Assembly (NCBI GenBank): GCA_951406725.2
Contig: OX597825.1
Location: forward strand, 2,976,001-3,040,000
Direction of reading: 5' to 3'
Length of the DNA stretch: 64,000 nt
Source: Octopus vulgaris
Taxonomy: Eukaryota
Below, one piece after another: positions 14,257-29,242 of the stretch. The position numbers and the translations under genes were made by a program. Under the pieces are notes generated by a model, which saw nothing but the letters and a program-made list of their open reading frames with translations, had not been told where the DNA came from and made no database searches. Every line of letters begins with the position of its first letter. The stretch's first letter is position 1.

Positions 14257-16292
14257 TATTTATAGCAATCTCTGAATATTTAGCAGTATACGCCTCTCTA
14301 GATTTTAGGTATAAGTAAATAGTTATCAGTACCAGTTTTGAAACAAGTGATGTGTAAATGGCGAAGAACTACACAAAGAAAATGAAAAAATATGTAAGAT
14401 TTATAAATCAATCAACATCACAACAAATTACGAATATTGTTATCAGTCCCATCGCTGTCTGATATATTTGCATTTACATCTTTCTTTCACTTCTGTAATA
14501 TATTTTTTTAATTTCTCCCAACGCTTTTATTGTTTTAGTGTTTTTTTCTTTTCATTTTTAACGCTACAACAAACGCCAAACGTACGAACTTTGACATTGA
14601 TTGTAAGGTACTACATCATTCTATCTATTATATTTAGCTTCAATTGCGCCACAGTTGTTGGCAAGGTGCCAAGTTGAGCGTATCTTTCGATATGGAAAAT
14701 ACTTAGTGTTGCTATATGTGTTAGGTTGCCAACAGTAACACCCACACTCATACACACAAACTCACGCTTTGTTAGGTATATACCTGATACAGGTATTTGT
14801 GCACGACGAGAGATAAGCTCACCTTTGAACCTCTAGAGGAAACGCGCGTAATCAAATGGAAATCATCACTGCAAATATCTTCAGTCCGGTCGTCTGCGGT
14901 GGTACTTCATTTGTTAAAATATACAGCGAAATAACATTATACCATTTAAGAAATCAAATGGCGGATTTTGTATTACGATGTATCATAGTACACAAGTTTA
15001 CTGTTTACTTCCCTCGGTGGCTGTAACCATGGGAGAAAAGAAGAAGAAAAACAATGATGCAAATGACTGCAACAATTCTAACAAGAATAATAGCAACACC
15101 GACTACACCAAATTACTACAAACGATAATAACAATGATAAAAGAAACAGCTGTAACCGCACTCTGATGGTAAGACATAATAATAGTGGTGTGGAATAATT
15201 TAATAATTCTTCCTTCTCCCAATACAAAACATGCAATGACTATTGACCCAAATATGGGATTTTGTGGTGACAACCACAAATCAATAATCGATTGGGTGTT
15301 TGATGGTTATTATTGCATCAGATTGCATATTGATTCATGCAATAAATTCCAGATAATATGAATACTATACAGGGTTCAACAAGATAATGATCGAGTGATG
15401 CATGAAATGGAGGAATTTCTATATAATCTGCCCAGTAATTTGAGAAAAAATGGCATCATCTCACCTTCTTCACGGCCCCAACTGCGCAGCATTTGATCAT
15501 AAACATCCTAGATTATTACTGACACCGTATTAAAATGGATAATGAAAACATTTTCTTAATGTCTAGAAAACCTGGATGAATAACATTGTTGCCTGTTTTG
15601 ATATAATACTTAACGAAAATTCTCCAAATATAAATGGGCCAGTTTTTAAGTATAGTAGATTGCATTGACGAGGGTTCTATATATACTCACATGTGGGCAA
15701 AGATTTGGTTGGTTAATTCTTTGTACGATATGGTCGATTTGAACTTGAAAATTTCAATAAACTGGGAAAATTGGAGTATTCATGTCAGTCAAGTAGAGGT
15801 TTGTCTCCGGGACTCATTAATCATTTTGTTATGGCATGACGCTAACTTTGCCAAAGGAATTCTTTGAGGGTACAATGCGTAAGGATCACAATGGTATGAT
15901 AACATTTCTTCGAGTGCTGTATACATTTTGAAATATTCCTTTAAGGTAATAACGCAATTGTAAGCATATGGCGATGAGTCACATACAAGTTTACGTAAAT
16001 CGTTTTGAAATTCAAATAATAATTTTAATGTGCTGTCACTGAAATATAACGGAAAAAATAGCAACTGTATGAAATATGAATAAAATTTCAGATATTTAGT
16101 GAAATATTAATGTATAAATACTTGATTCCAGATTCGTTGCGTTCCCTCTTCACAAAAGTGTGTGATCATATATTACTTTGTTGCTCTTAGCTTCTATATC
16201 ACATTTAATTTATTAACGATTGGTTTATCACTTACGCTCTTGTCATTTTCTTCGTTATAATCTGTCAATTATTGTGTCGCACAACTAACTAT

Positions 16293-16397
<105 letters not shown>

Positions 16398-17392
16398 AGT
16401 ATACAAACATTTGCATACGTACATATATATGTGTGTGTGTGTGAATGTGTGTATGTGAGTGTTTGTGTGTATGTGTATGTTTATGTGTGTGTGTGTATGT
16501 TGCGTTTGAAAAACATGAGGAAATATGTATTTTCTGGATAGCGATATATTGAAGCTGCATCGGTTTGGCATAAAACATATGAGAATTGGTGCTCATACAT
16601 CAAATTTCTGAGTTGTCGGCAGAAATGAAAGTGGAGATCGAAGAGTTGTTATGTAAGGACTTTATCACACGTATATGATTTGCACAGATACATATTGTAA
16701 TATGTGTTACAAGAACACCGCTAGTCTTTTTCTCATCGATACATTAACCACATCCTAGGCCTGTATCAGCAGCGGAAACACGACAGTTCAAACAGCAGTA
16801 GTAACACTATCATCACCACCATCCTCAAACCAACATTACCCATCACTTGATATGAACAGAGTCGTAAACAGTTAGGCACCGTTCTAGCTATAATTGTTTT
16901 TGCCAATGGTTTTTGTTATTCATGTGTAGCCTCACAAATCACATTCTACAATTCCCAAACAGAATGATAATTATGTCCCTGGGTGTTCAATAACTAAACG
17001 ACACTGCCTCAGCTGGAATATGTTGATCGTAGTTCCGTTGGCTGAGGAAGATCTGGTGGAAAACAACGATAAGTACGATACTTTATCTGCAACATCATAT
17101 TTTTATCAACATTTATCATCATTTTCAAAAGCGATAGCAACGTTCTTATCCACAACCACGGCTTACAAAAATGTTAGAAAATATAATTTCTGAAGTGACG
17201 TATTACTAACATAACCAATTGTTTTCCAAATAATCGCTACTGAGGCTATTGTAAATAACTTAGAATGTCATGTGTGATGTTTCTAGTTTATTTCGGATTC
17301 ACAGTAATGCTTACAGCTTAAGATACAAATAATACACACACACAGACATATATATAATATATACATATATATAATGTATACATATGTATGTA

Positions 17393-17472
<80 letters not shown>

Positions 17473-19629
17473 TGTGTATGTGTCTGTACACGTGTGTGTT
17501 TCTATATGAGTGCTTAATAGCACCCGATCCACTATTTTACTCACACCAACAAAATACAAGAGTAGACGCAGATATTACCAATCCACATGACGTCAATTGC
17601 TACGCTACAGCTCCTAGAAATAACTGTATGCTAGAAATATCAGCTAAATATATTTTAGTTAATTTCCGAGTGATATAAAGAGAGCTCATCGATGAAGACA
17701 CCTTTAACACAGTGTTCACAATCCTTATCAAAGAAAACATGCTGAGCATCTTAATGCTGCTTATCGGTCGAATATCTGTTATCCGTTGAAGATCAATTTA
17801 AGTATTTGGGTCATACTATGATATGATGGAGATTATTGCCTAATTCGCATCTGAACAACAAGCTACTAAATAGTTTGCTGTTAATGGGGATGTTTGAATA
17901 ATTGATGTAAGCGTGAAACATTATCAGGGGCGCCCGGGAAAAATGAAATAGAAAGAGTGAAATCGTTGATCCGTGAGTTGACCGGTTACGAATGAGAACC
18001 AAATTAACACGTCCGCCGATTTAATTCTTATCCATCGGATCTAACGAAAGGGCATTGCCTACGACAATTGCATTATTTCCAAGACCGTTGAGCAGTTGCA
18101 AGTTTGAATAAAAAATTGCCATCTGTGTGGTCATTGTCAATGAATAATGCTCGCTAGGGAAAGAATTGGAGGCAATATATAACGCAGATCCTAGGAGGTG
18201 GGTTAGACACAAGAAGGGCAAGAGAATAGCGTGACATGTGTGTCAAAGTACCGAAATGTTTGGGTACGCAACCAGCTATAAATATTATAGCTTAAAACAA
18301 CAATACGGCGAGAGGAAATAACACTAGTATGAGGCCGAAAGCTATGATTCTGCCCATCATTAAGGGATCCCCAGTCTGTTGATTTACTCTTCTCTTGATT
18401 CAGTAGTACAGGATACATGCTTGTGTGGTGTTACCACCATCTGAGGTGTGGGTGCAATACTCAGTTTTGCACTATAGTTGAGGCTTTTAGACACTCATCA
18501 GCGGTCGGAAGACTGAAACATAAGATCGAGAAAAAAGAAACAACAAATAACAGAGTACTATTTCTGACGTGATGACATCTAAGCGAAAGGATGTATTTTT
18601 GCTAGGAATAAATTCTTTGTGATAAAGATCCCAACATTGAATATGACTGCAAGTGCTTTCAGTGGGAGTACGAAGGTACTCTCTTGATTAGAGTAGCACT
18701 TGATTTTATTCTGTCAAAAACTCAAAAAAGACGAAGTTGTCATGGCACCTGTGGAGGATGCTCTCCAGGTTTTTTGTTATAAATGAAATGGAGCATTGAC
18801 GCGAGGTGTGTAGTTTAGTTGTAGGAAATGTATAGTCTCACTGTCATGAAGACGGATGGAAAGCTGCGATATTAGCAATCAATCGCCTTTAAAACAAAAA
18901 GTTCGTTGCACATTGGGTTCTCACGAGTGCTGGCATTTGATTTACATATGCTGATATAGACAGCTTTGGTATCGAACGAAATGCGCATGTATATATTTTA
19001 TGTGTGAGAGAGGAGGGAGACAGAGAATGTGTGTGCGTGTGAGTACGTGAGTGTGTAAGCGTGTCCGAATAAAAAGAAAATTAAGTTCATCGCGTAGGTA
19101 TATATTTTGAAACATATCCTAAATGAGTTCTGATTTTGGTGCTAAAAAAACAAGACAACAATAACTAATGACGTATCCATAACAACAGAATCGACGGTTT
19201 TTGGATGGAAAATTAATCTAAGCGAATGATTTCTCGTCTATCATCTTAGAAAACTTTAAGTGCATGAGCAAATGGTGAAAGCAGCTGTAAATGTTGGACC
19301 AACTGTATAAAATGTATGGCAATTGAATAAGATTTATCTGCTGGATAACTATGTTTGTTATGTTTTTCGGTATAATCGTTTATGTAGAGCTGCATAAACG
19401 TTAGCAAGTCCATTTATAAAACGTACGTAACAAACTCGCCGACACAAATACACACACAAGCATTTCCATGCACACAGACACGAACTATTTCTTTTCGCCA
19501 TAAACTCATCTGTGCATTTCTTTTCGTATACGTGTTTGGCGGGAATAAAACAACTTTCTATATCGGCAGGTTAAAAACGAAATCCGTTATTCACACAATC
19601 TAAGAAAGTGCATAATCTTGTGTGATAGA

Positions 19630-19930
19630 CATTAGCGAATAGTGTTGAAGGCAGTCCCTACCTTCTTAAGACACAACAAATACCCTGGGTATATCAAAGA
19701 TATATATATATATGTAGTAAATCTGATCGATTTTCTACCCCTTGAATACAGAACAAGAAAAGGAAATGTCACCGAGATCTTTAACGCAAATCCTAATCGC
19801 TTTAATATCAGCAAAACTAGAAACAGTTTATCTGCTAATCTCAGAGGTGCTCAATAATTTCAGAATTCCTCATTCAGTCATCGTGTAATCAATGTAGATC
19901 TAGAAATCTGGGCAATAATGTGGTATGGCG
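19630..19930 (+). mobile_element. CR1/L2-like LINE, degenerate C-terminal ORF2 remnant
   Basis: LIDFLPLEYRTRKGNVTEIF resembles L..LEYRRLRGDLIE.FK; FSHRVINV...LGNNVV resembles FSxRVxNxWNxLPxxVV. Confidence 0.6.
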
Positions 19931-20624
19931 CAATTCTACCATAAGAGAGCCCGACATTGTCTTTTTATATTTGAATGATTTGCTGCACCGTAAATTTCAA
20001 ATTGAATGCGAAATACTAAATCTGATATCGAAAGAACGTTCAAAAAATAAGTCTATTGTACACACCAAAATAATCAATTATTCTAAAAGATGATGCGGGA
20101 GTCACTTGGGATGTTTCATTCAACTTGAAATAGCAGGAAAAGCCCTCTGGAATAACATCCATACCTCTTCAAAAACGGAGACATCTTGAGAATTGTCTAA
20201 CCTATGCATAGTATTAAAAAACAACATTGCATTATCACAACATTGCTACGCCTAATTATATCTCTCGTGTATCGTATCTTATCTGGCGACTATAAAACAC
20301 ACATAAACAACGTAATCTTAACAGCAAAAATAACTTGATTAGCAGTGCAACTAGGCTTTCCTGTGAAGAGAAATGTTATGTGTCATGGCAGATACTTTTA
20401 CATTTTTTGCCGTATATCACCTGATTGCATTCACAGCTGAACAGCTATTTAGTTAAAAAGCTTTCTGTCATCGACCTAACGTTAAATTATACTTTGATTT
20501 GGATTACACAGAATTATGGTTGCACGAATTATATCGTAATACTAAATCCGCCCTCCGAATTATTTTAATTACAGCTGTTACATTTGTTTAACAGTTCTTA
20601 CAGATCACGTTTTTCTTTGCCATC

Positions 20625-20865
20625 ATATTTGCTAGACCGTTAAGTTACAGGAATATAAGGGTACCAACACCGGTTAACATGCAGTCGTCGAGGCAAACGC
20701 AGACAGACTGACAGGCACACACACGCACATGTACTCAAACACTCACACACATCCACGCACACATACGATGGACTTCTTACAGTTTCCGTCTACCACATCC
20801 ACTTAAAAGGCTTTGATTGGCTCGAAACTATATTAGAAGACAGTTCCCTCAATGTTCCAGCAGTT
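20625..20865 (-). mobile_element. SINE fragment, same family as 51229-51668
   Basis: Shares ccgttaagttac...cagtttccgtctacca.atccact...agaagaca. Confidence 0.75.
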
Positions 20866-21329
20866 TTGGAAATTGTACATGCACTCAGGGAGGTGTATAT
20901 CAAGAAGACGCGAAGAAAGCTGTGCGGGTATTCGTTTTGGCCTATGGTAATTAGAATCGTTAGTAAAATGTATTATTTTGTCTGCTACGTCAACATCTGA
21001 TTCTGCATCATAATTTTAATTTTGGGAACAGTCTTTCCTAACCCTAATATTTCTCATCGTCATTATCTTTCCAAAAGGTCCTTATGACTTGTAATTTGGT
21101 AACGTTTCGCATATTATTGTTCAGGCTTTGTAACACGTCATGCGCTTTCAGTTTTTCTTTATTATCAATTAATCACTTTACTTCATTTGGCATGTCCATA
21201 TTAAGTATTGAAATATATGATAAATAATTTAATAACAGTTATATAAATCTGTGGCTTTGTAACAACTGATAAATGATTGTCATTGCGCTTGAATACTCTG
21301 TACGTCCAATACGTTTGGTTGTACATCTA

Positions 21330-21603
21330 TATTTGGGGAATTTAAAGAAAAAAAGGAAGTGGGAAAGCCACGGGTACATAATATATTGAGATTGATTTAA
21401 AATTTTGATACATGACCGACAGGTTCGTGGGAATGGAGTCAGTAAATGATATCAATGTCAGTGGTCAACTGATAGTTATTTTATTGTCCCTGAAAGGATG
21501 GTATGCACATCAGACCTCGGCAGAATTTGAAAGAGAGTAAAATGGACGAAATACCTCAAAGCATTTCGATCGATGGTCTAACGATTCAGCCATCTTACCG
21601 CCA
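21330..21603 (-). mobile_element. Second SINE family, eroded copy. Others: ~578-650, 980-1120, 33290-33478, 41312-41455, 58850-59045, 60443-60548, 60790-60925 on -; ~1870-2012, 13325-13472 on +
   Basis: Shared core tattttat.g.ccc.gaaaggatg...gacctcggc.gaatttgaa...gcatttcg...ctaacgatt. Confidence 0.65.
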
Positions 21604-22132
21604 CGTTAAAACAGTATATTCACATTGGAGGGGGGATGCACGAGAGTACATGAGTGATGTTGTGTTTGCTTGGACAATATTACTGGCAATATAATATAAA
21701 TATCCTTATCAACACTACATCGCGAACGACGTAATCGTTATTACCATCTGCCAGCAAACAGTATTTATCATCATTAGATGTACTTTCGATATACAGTGCG
21801 TCGCATGCACTAGTAGTATCAGAGAGTCGCTGGTCGAAATTCATCTTTAAAATAAATATAAAATTCAGTGAGCATTATCCCAGTCCATGTTCTTTTATTT
21901 ATTCTTTAAAATATTTCTGATTTTTTTTTTCATTAATACCTACTCATCGTAAGCACTTCCACCCGATTGTAGTTCAAGAGCTTTTAAATTTTATGCTGCC
22001 ATGTGATCACTCAACCTATTAACCGAATGAATATATAATTAAATACTAATTAATCTATGAAGTAAACTGTGAAGTAATTTAGCAGTCGCTACACATATAT
22101 AAATATCGATATTTGCATAAATCTGTGTATGC

Positions 22133-22227
<95 letters not shown>

Positions 22228-22231
<4 letters not shown>

Positions 22232-22750
22232 TAGTTGAAATTCACAGAAAAGCAAAAGACGAAGACATGTGTATAAACAACAAGCAAGTGTATTAATTTG
22301 ACGCTCGGGAAGGTGAGAAAGTCTTTTACGTTTTGAGCCTACGCTCTTAAATAGAAAGGAACACGAGGGAATAAACTTTTGGAGTTAGAGGCCAATCATG
22401 GTCATTGGCTGGAGAAAGCGAGTTAGGCAGGAGAGGTAGGACGAAGGAGAGATAATAATGCATTGGTGATCAGAAAACGAAGGTGTGCATGCATCTATGT
22501 GAGGGTGTGTATTTGTGTGCGTGTGGGACTGGGTGGTTGACGCGTAGATGTGTGTTTGTGTGTTTGCGTCTGTAATATGTGGGTGTGTGCATGATGGGTT
22601 GGGTGTTGGGAAGCGGTTAATGTTAGTGTGTGTAGAGTGGTGTAGGGTGGTCCGATGTGGTGGTGTGGTGGCGATGGGGTGTGGGGATGTGAGGATGGAT
22701 CGTGAGTTTAGGGTGCGCGTGAGGATGTGGAGTGTTGCGTGTATGTTGTG
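22228..22750 (-). mobile_element. Penelope-like element 3' remnant ending in (TA)n
   Basis: The - strand has a C/A-rich tail region, then an eroded hammerhead-like motif (aagagc-gtag-gctc-aaaacgta) and a terminus abutting (TA)n. The same terminus (cacctgtcttcgtc...) occurs on + at ~28369-28415, also next to TA repeats. Family assignment is from recall. Confidence 0.5.
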
Positions 22751-22754
22751 GTGG

Positions 22755-22897
22755 CTAAGCATTTCGCCCGGCGTGCTAACGTTTCTTATTTCGTTATTGC
22801 CCACAAGGGATTAAACATAGAGGGAATAAACAGGGACAAAGGGATTAAGTCGATTACATTTCGCCCGGCGTGCTAACGTTTCTGCCATCTCGCCGCC
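22755..22897 (-). mobile_element. Second tRNA-SINE family, internally deleted, with a duplicated head segment
   Basis: catttcgcccggcgtgctaacgtttct occurs twice (~22760 and ~22857); the - strand head reads ggcggcgagatggcagaaacgttagc. Confidence 0.75.
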
Positions 22898-23286
22898 ATA
22901 TTACACGCTAGCATCGTAAAATAGGTAACTGCATGGATATATTCCTTGGTGTATGATACTAGTAAAGCCGACAAGATAAAATCAGTGAGGATATATTTAA
23001 TCTTTGGTCTGCTCTTTCGGGAATCCCATTAAATATTCAACAAGCAAAATATCACCCAACCTACCCTAAACATCCGTCTCATTATCATCATCAGTATCAT
23101 ATTCATCTCCCATATCCAAACAGTAATATTTCCTTCCTCATCGATAGCAATCCAAATTCTGAAACGTAATGCATCTGAAAGAACGCCGATTCTTACTTAG
23201 ATATTTGCAATAGGGAAGCAATTGATTTTGTCATTTCTGATTACATAATTTCATTTTAGTAATATGTGATCAAATATAAATGCTGT

Positions 23287-23330
<44 letters not shown>

Positions 23331-24563
23331 TACATTATTGATACATCAAATCATGCGCGTGCGCGAGCATATTCATGGACAAACACACATAGACATATAT
23401 GTATCTATCATTCACACTATATGTGTACGTGTGTGTGTATGTGTATAGGTAGGTATTTAAAGAGGAACACGGGATTTTACTTGCTTTTAATCAATATCGC
23501 AATGTATAGATGAGTATGAATTGAAACTAATATATATGAATAGGTGTCAGTAGACGAGGACATCACTTTCGCTGTTTAACACCTTGTATCCTCGATATTG
23601 TCACCAATGACAACACCTCTGCAATTATCATCACAATCGGAGATGACATGTTTATTTATAACAACGACAACGCTGTTGAAATTAAGAAGACCTCTAAAGC
23701 CACCACCATAACACCAATCGAACATTGTAATACTTACCAATTCTACGAAAGACTTCAACCTTATTGACTCCACTGACAGAATTAACAAATCTTTTGCCGC
23801 TAGAAACATTAGACAACTAACACTTAAAGCGAAGTTGCTGGATTTATTAATGATATCAGCGGAAGGTAACATAAGTCACACATTCACCATACAACACAAA
23901 AGAAAGTCAAAGGCTAAGTCTGACAAAGATAAACAAACACAAAATACCTCAAAGAATAATAAATAACAGAATGGCGAACATTTGATTGCTTTTCAACATA
24001 GGCATACATACCTGGCTCTGATGTGACGAAAAAGCATTGAGAATGCGATGATAAGGAGAGACTCGACACTGTCTCGAATATCATATACATTACAAAGAAA
24101 CGCAGGATCTATGTTAATAATTGCCCTCTTTTTGACAGTAACATATGCATCATACTTTTAATGCTGATCTATGAGCTGCTATAACTAATATGTATGTTTT
24201 TCATTATGGGAAGCAATGCATATAATTGCTATTGCTGAGAAACAAGACTACGAGTGAACTCAAGTCTTGCTACAAATGACACCGCAGTTAACACACGATT
24301 TGCAATCAGATGGCACCCAAACGCGTTCTAGTATACATAATCGAATATTATGATCATCAGCAAAATTGATTGAATAAATAAATTTAACTTAAGAATTCTA
24401 ATCTGGACAGGGTATTTAATAGGCTTTCGGTTAAAAGAAATCAAATAAGAAATAATTGCCCGTTACAGCGAAACAGGCTTAGTAGTCTACGTAAGAAGGC
24501 TAAAGAGGCGCTCAAGCTTATCAAGGTCGAAGGCTGAATGTCCTGCAAAATGCATAATCAGTA

Positions 24564-25312
24564 TTTTACATAATTGCTAATTCCTTGGTTAATATATTTG
24601 GAAGTAAATTTGCCAGTTAATATGGCGGCTTTTAACGCGCGGGAAAACCGCAAGTACTTACATATATAAATATACACGCAAAAATAATTAAATGTTGGCT
24701 AGTTTATTCACATACACATGTAGATGTTTACGTATGAAATTATTAAAGCGTATAAAGCTCATAACCCCTATGACACTCATTTCAACACAATCGCACTTGA
24801 AATGGAAGAGTCAATGAACTTTGCAGAGAGGTCTCTTAAAAGTAACAGCCAGATTTTGTAGAGATAACACAAAATGTACAAAACGTAACTAAATCAGAAG
24901 ATGTACATTTGGATATGTGATAGCTCGGTCGTTACAGGCCTAGAAATAAGTAAAACAAATTTGTAGATTAAATACCACCAACACCTCTAACTCCACCACA
25001 ACCATCGCAATCACCAAAATCACAATATCAAAGATTAGAATAGCAGCAATAACACTACATTATTATTAATATTATGGATGTTGGACAACATCAAAGTTAT
25101 ACGTCTTCGAATTAGAACCTGTATATTGTACGTATTAGCACTCCAAAATTATGTGAATAAACTAGCAAACGTGTAGTTTTATTTTGCGCGTATATTTATA
25201 TATGTAAGTATTTGCAGTTTTCCCGCGTTCAAAGCCTCCATATTAACTGGGCAAATTTGCTTAGTACATATCTTCCAAATGTATTAGCCAAGGAATTTGC
25301 AATTATGTAAAA
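24564..25312. repeat. Diverged inverted repeat, arms ~150 bp (24564-24714 / 25150-25312), spacer ~435 bp
   Basis: ttacataattgctaattccttgg...gctagtttattcacata versus tatgtgaataaactagc...ccaaggaatttgcaattatgtaa. Confidence 0.9.
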
Positions 25313-25616
25313 AAAAAAAAGGAAATGTCAGAAGAAATGAACTTCCATTTAAAGTAAAAAAATATTTTTTGTGCAGTATATCTTTAAAATTACAATCATA
25401 GTTAAGTTTAAGATTATGCAAGAATCACAGATGATGTTGCGACCGCTATATTTCGGCTTAATATCACTTTGTAGGAACATTAATTCTGCTTCGTGATTTC
25501 ATGCGTCTACACACAAACACGCACGTACACACACACACATAGATATAAATACCTACACACACACACACACATAGATATACATACCTACACACACACACAC
25601 ACACACATGCACACAC

Positions 25617-25668
<52 letters not shown>

Positions 25669-26831
25669 ATACTTATCTGTCTCTCTCTATATATATACAT
25701 ATCTACATGTATATATATTCCTTGTACAATCATTACAGATTCGATAAAAGAACCAAACATTGTCAAGAAAACAAAACAAAGGAATTAATGTTTTTATACT
25801 GGGGAATGTGTATTAATTATGATATATATTATTGATATCAGATACAGAAATCTAGATTTTTCACCAATGTGTAAGTCGTCTCGAACATAACCCTAGCAGT
25901 TTGCACCTCCGTAATTTATATTCTTTCACGTAGAAACACGTGAAATCTGGGATCGATCTAATCTAACACTTAAGGGTTTTTTTTGTAATAGAACTACTTA
26001 CCAATTATTTATCATCTACATTTTCCCGTATGTTTTATATATTTCTATGCTTACATATTTAGTTAATGAATAAATAAATAAATAAAGTTAGCTCTATCTA
26101 CATTTTTCTTCACAATGAAACGATCTCGGATCTTTGTAAATTAAGAGTGGCGGAATATTTGTAATCACTAAGTGGACTTTAAACGGAAATGATAGAAATA
26201 AATAGATAAATAGACAGACAAAAAAAAAACACACACCGTAGACCACATTATTGAAATTCCAAAGAGGAAATCAAGAATGAAAATGAATCGGGAATGGATG
26301 AGATTGTTTAAATTTATGCAGGGTCATGAACAGCATTGTCGCATATTTCACAAATATCATTTATAATACTCCCAGACCAAATTTAGTGATATTAGAATCA
26401 TCAACAACAGATGAGATTGTGAAACCCGCGGCACTTTTAACCACGTTCCTGCTTGATCAAATATGTCTTCAAGACGAATAATATCAATTACTGAAGAACA
26501 TTTTTTTTCCATGCACACCTGCAGCAAAATAATTGTTAGCAGACTATGCTACATCGTAGATAAAGCAACAAAAAGTAATTAAATAAACAGAACTACAATA
26601 CTACAATGCATCTGAACAATCCTGATATAAAACAATAAAAGTCACCAAATGTTTTGTACATAAATTCTATTGTGAAATACATAGAGACATAATTTTATGT
26701 ACAGACTGCGATCTGTATTTTACATTCACTCACAGCTTTTCGCACCATTATATTTGTATTCACATACAAATATGTACTCAACCAACCATATACATTAGTA
26801 GATATGAGTGCAAAAACCAAGCGCACACACA

Positions 26832-26903
<72 letters not shown>

Positions 26904-26904
26904 T

Positions 26905-26978
26905 GCTATATAACCCCTGGCCGACCAAAGCCATGTGAGTGGATTTGGTAGACGGAAACTGAAAGAAGCCTGTCGTAT
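26905..26978 (+). mobile_element. SINE fragment, same family
   Basis: ggccgaccaaagcc.tgtgagtggatttggtagacggaaactgaaagaagcc is the reverse complement of 51515-51565. Confidence 0.8.
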
Positions 26979-28101
26979 TTAAGGTTGGAATTCGGAATAA
27001 AATTCACAAGTTCGATCAGATTTTGAGAATAAGTTATATTCAAAGTAAACATAGACACTGCCACACCGATATGCACATAAGCGCGCTGGCATACACAGCA
27101 CGCGCGCGCACACGCACATGCGCACACATATTTACATATCTACAAAAGTATTTCCATAATGACAATAGTATTTGACTAACCCTATTTCTTCAGTCATATA
27201 TACACATACTCCTGTTCATACATACATTTCAACTTTAGAGTACGCATATTGTATTGTAGGAAACAAAAAAATAAAGCAAATTAAGTCACGTCCGCTCCTC
27301 ATTATCTTTGTGCTTCATTCTTGCAAACCTAGGAATGAAAGAAAAACAAAAGTACAAGAAACATACTATTACACACAGGCAATAAATTAATCTACGCAGC
27401 AAATTTATACTGTTTTATATAATCATAGATAGTAACGTATAGCACACCATTGTGAAATAAGCATTATGTACAAACTTTTCCGCTATTTTAGCGAGACAAG
27501 ACATGTTTTGTTTACAGTTAGGAATCTCCTGTAATTGATAATCTAGAATACAGAAGACTTGCGGAGACAGGTTGCCGTTGAATCGAATTCACGAGACAGA
27601 ATAGCAGCGACAATAACACACTAGATTAAGATGCTAAAATGATTTGCGAGAGGTGTTTTGGCTAATGCATCACATATATAAATTTATATGTATAATAATT
27701 CTATAGAGAGAGCATCATCAGTGCAAATATTTCGTAGATCGAAAGACTTTAAATTCCCGATGGATACTATATATCAGAATTTCAAAACTCGGCATTCCAC
27801 AGGGCCTTTTCTGGAATGATTTCTGATATTTAATGACAGTCGATATCGCACTGCGTATGACTGTATAAAATTCTAACGTGAAAGGCTATCTCCGTAGATA
27901 TTTTTATGTTGTATGCAATCGCATTACACAGGGCATACGACTGTTCTTAATGATATCACATGTGTATATATGCCACGTCAAAAGTAATCACGTCTACATA
28001 TGCATTCAAAAACACTAGAGATTAAACACGAGCACAAGGCGGTTGTGCATGTGCAATCCCAACTACACACAAGCTCACATGTACGTGCGATAAATGCATA
28101 C

Positions 28102-28370
<269 letters not shown>

Positions 28371-28467
28371 ACCACCTGTCTTCGTCTTTAGTATATTTTT
28401 CGTAAACTCTCCCCATATATATATGTGCGTGTGTGTGTGCGTGTGTGTATTTGTATGTCTGTATCTC

Positions 28468-28640
28468 TACATCATCACCAACCTTCATAACCGACGTTGG
28501 TGTGCTTACGTCGCTATAACTTAACGGTCCGACAAAAGATGAGTAGTAGGCTTACAGAGAATAAGACCTGGAGTCAATTTGTTAGACTGAATGTGCTGCT
28601 CCAGCAAGGCCGTAGTCAAATGACTGAAACAAGAATAAAC
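28468..28640 (+). mobile_element. SINE 3' half, same family
   Basis: ggtgtg.ttacgtc...taacttaacgg...aggcttaca.agaataag.cctgg...aaatgactgaaaca is the reverse complement of 51245-51400. Confidence 0.75.
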
Positions 28641-28658
28641 AATTATATACACATACCG

Positions 28659-28692
<34 letters not shown>

Positions 28693-28774
28693 CTTAAAAT
28701 CTATTTATGATATAATGATGATATTTTATACGATACTTATCTCATGTGCTCTGTTGGTATTTGTGCCGTAAATG

Positions 28775-29195
28775 TTTTAGCGACAGGATTCTTGTTCTCC
28801 GGGTTAATGCATGGCGTTTTAGAAATATTGACAAGCACCGAAAGAGCTCGTTTTCCTTAATGAAAATGAAGAAATAAAAATTGTTTGCTCTAACATTTTA
28901 TTGTCCTTTATCTTGTCCAACATTCATCTTTAGGAGCTTTTTGAAGAATTATGAAATACTTCGACATCAACATAGTTATCGAAAGCTACGAAGTGTCGCT
29001 ATTTTATTGTTCTTGGTCGTGGTGGTCATTTTTATCTATTTTTGCTTATGGATTTTCTTGTTTTATATTATTTGGTTGCAATGCTGTTTCTGGACATATG
29101 AGAAGCTGTATTGTGGTTGAGCAACTTCTTTCACTAATTATGCATTGTATCTATGGATATTTAAGTATACCTACATTCATTTGTATAATATTTCG

Positions 29196-29242
<47 letters not shown>

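Noticed and set aside
15430-15520. Possible mariner HPPYSPDLAPSD remnant (HLLHGPNCAAFDH)
   Set aside because: Too diverged, and it needs a frameshift to align.
15691-16039. Minus-strand exon-like blocks (also 11100-11410, 23739-23919, 37582-37821)
   Set aside because: Splice-like signals are common in AT-rich DNA. There is no recognisable protein and no consistent frame linking them.
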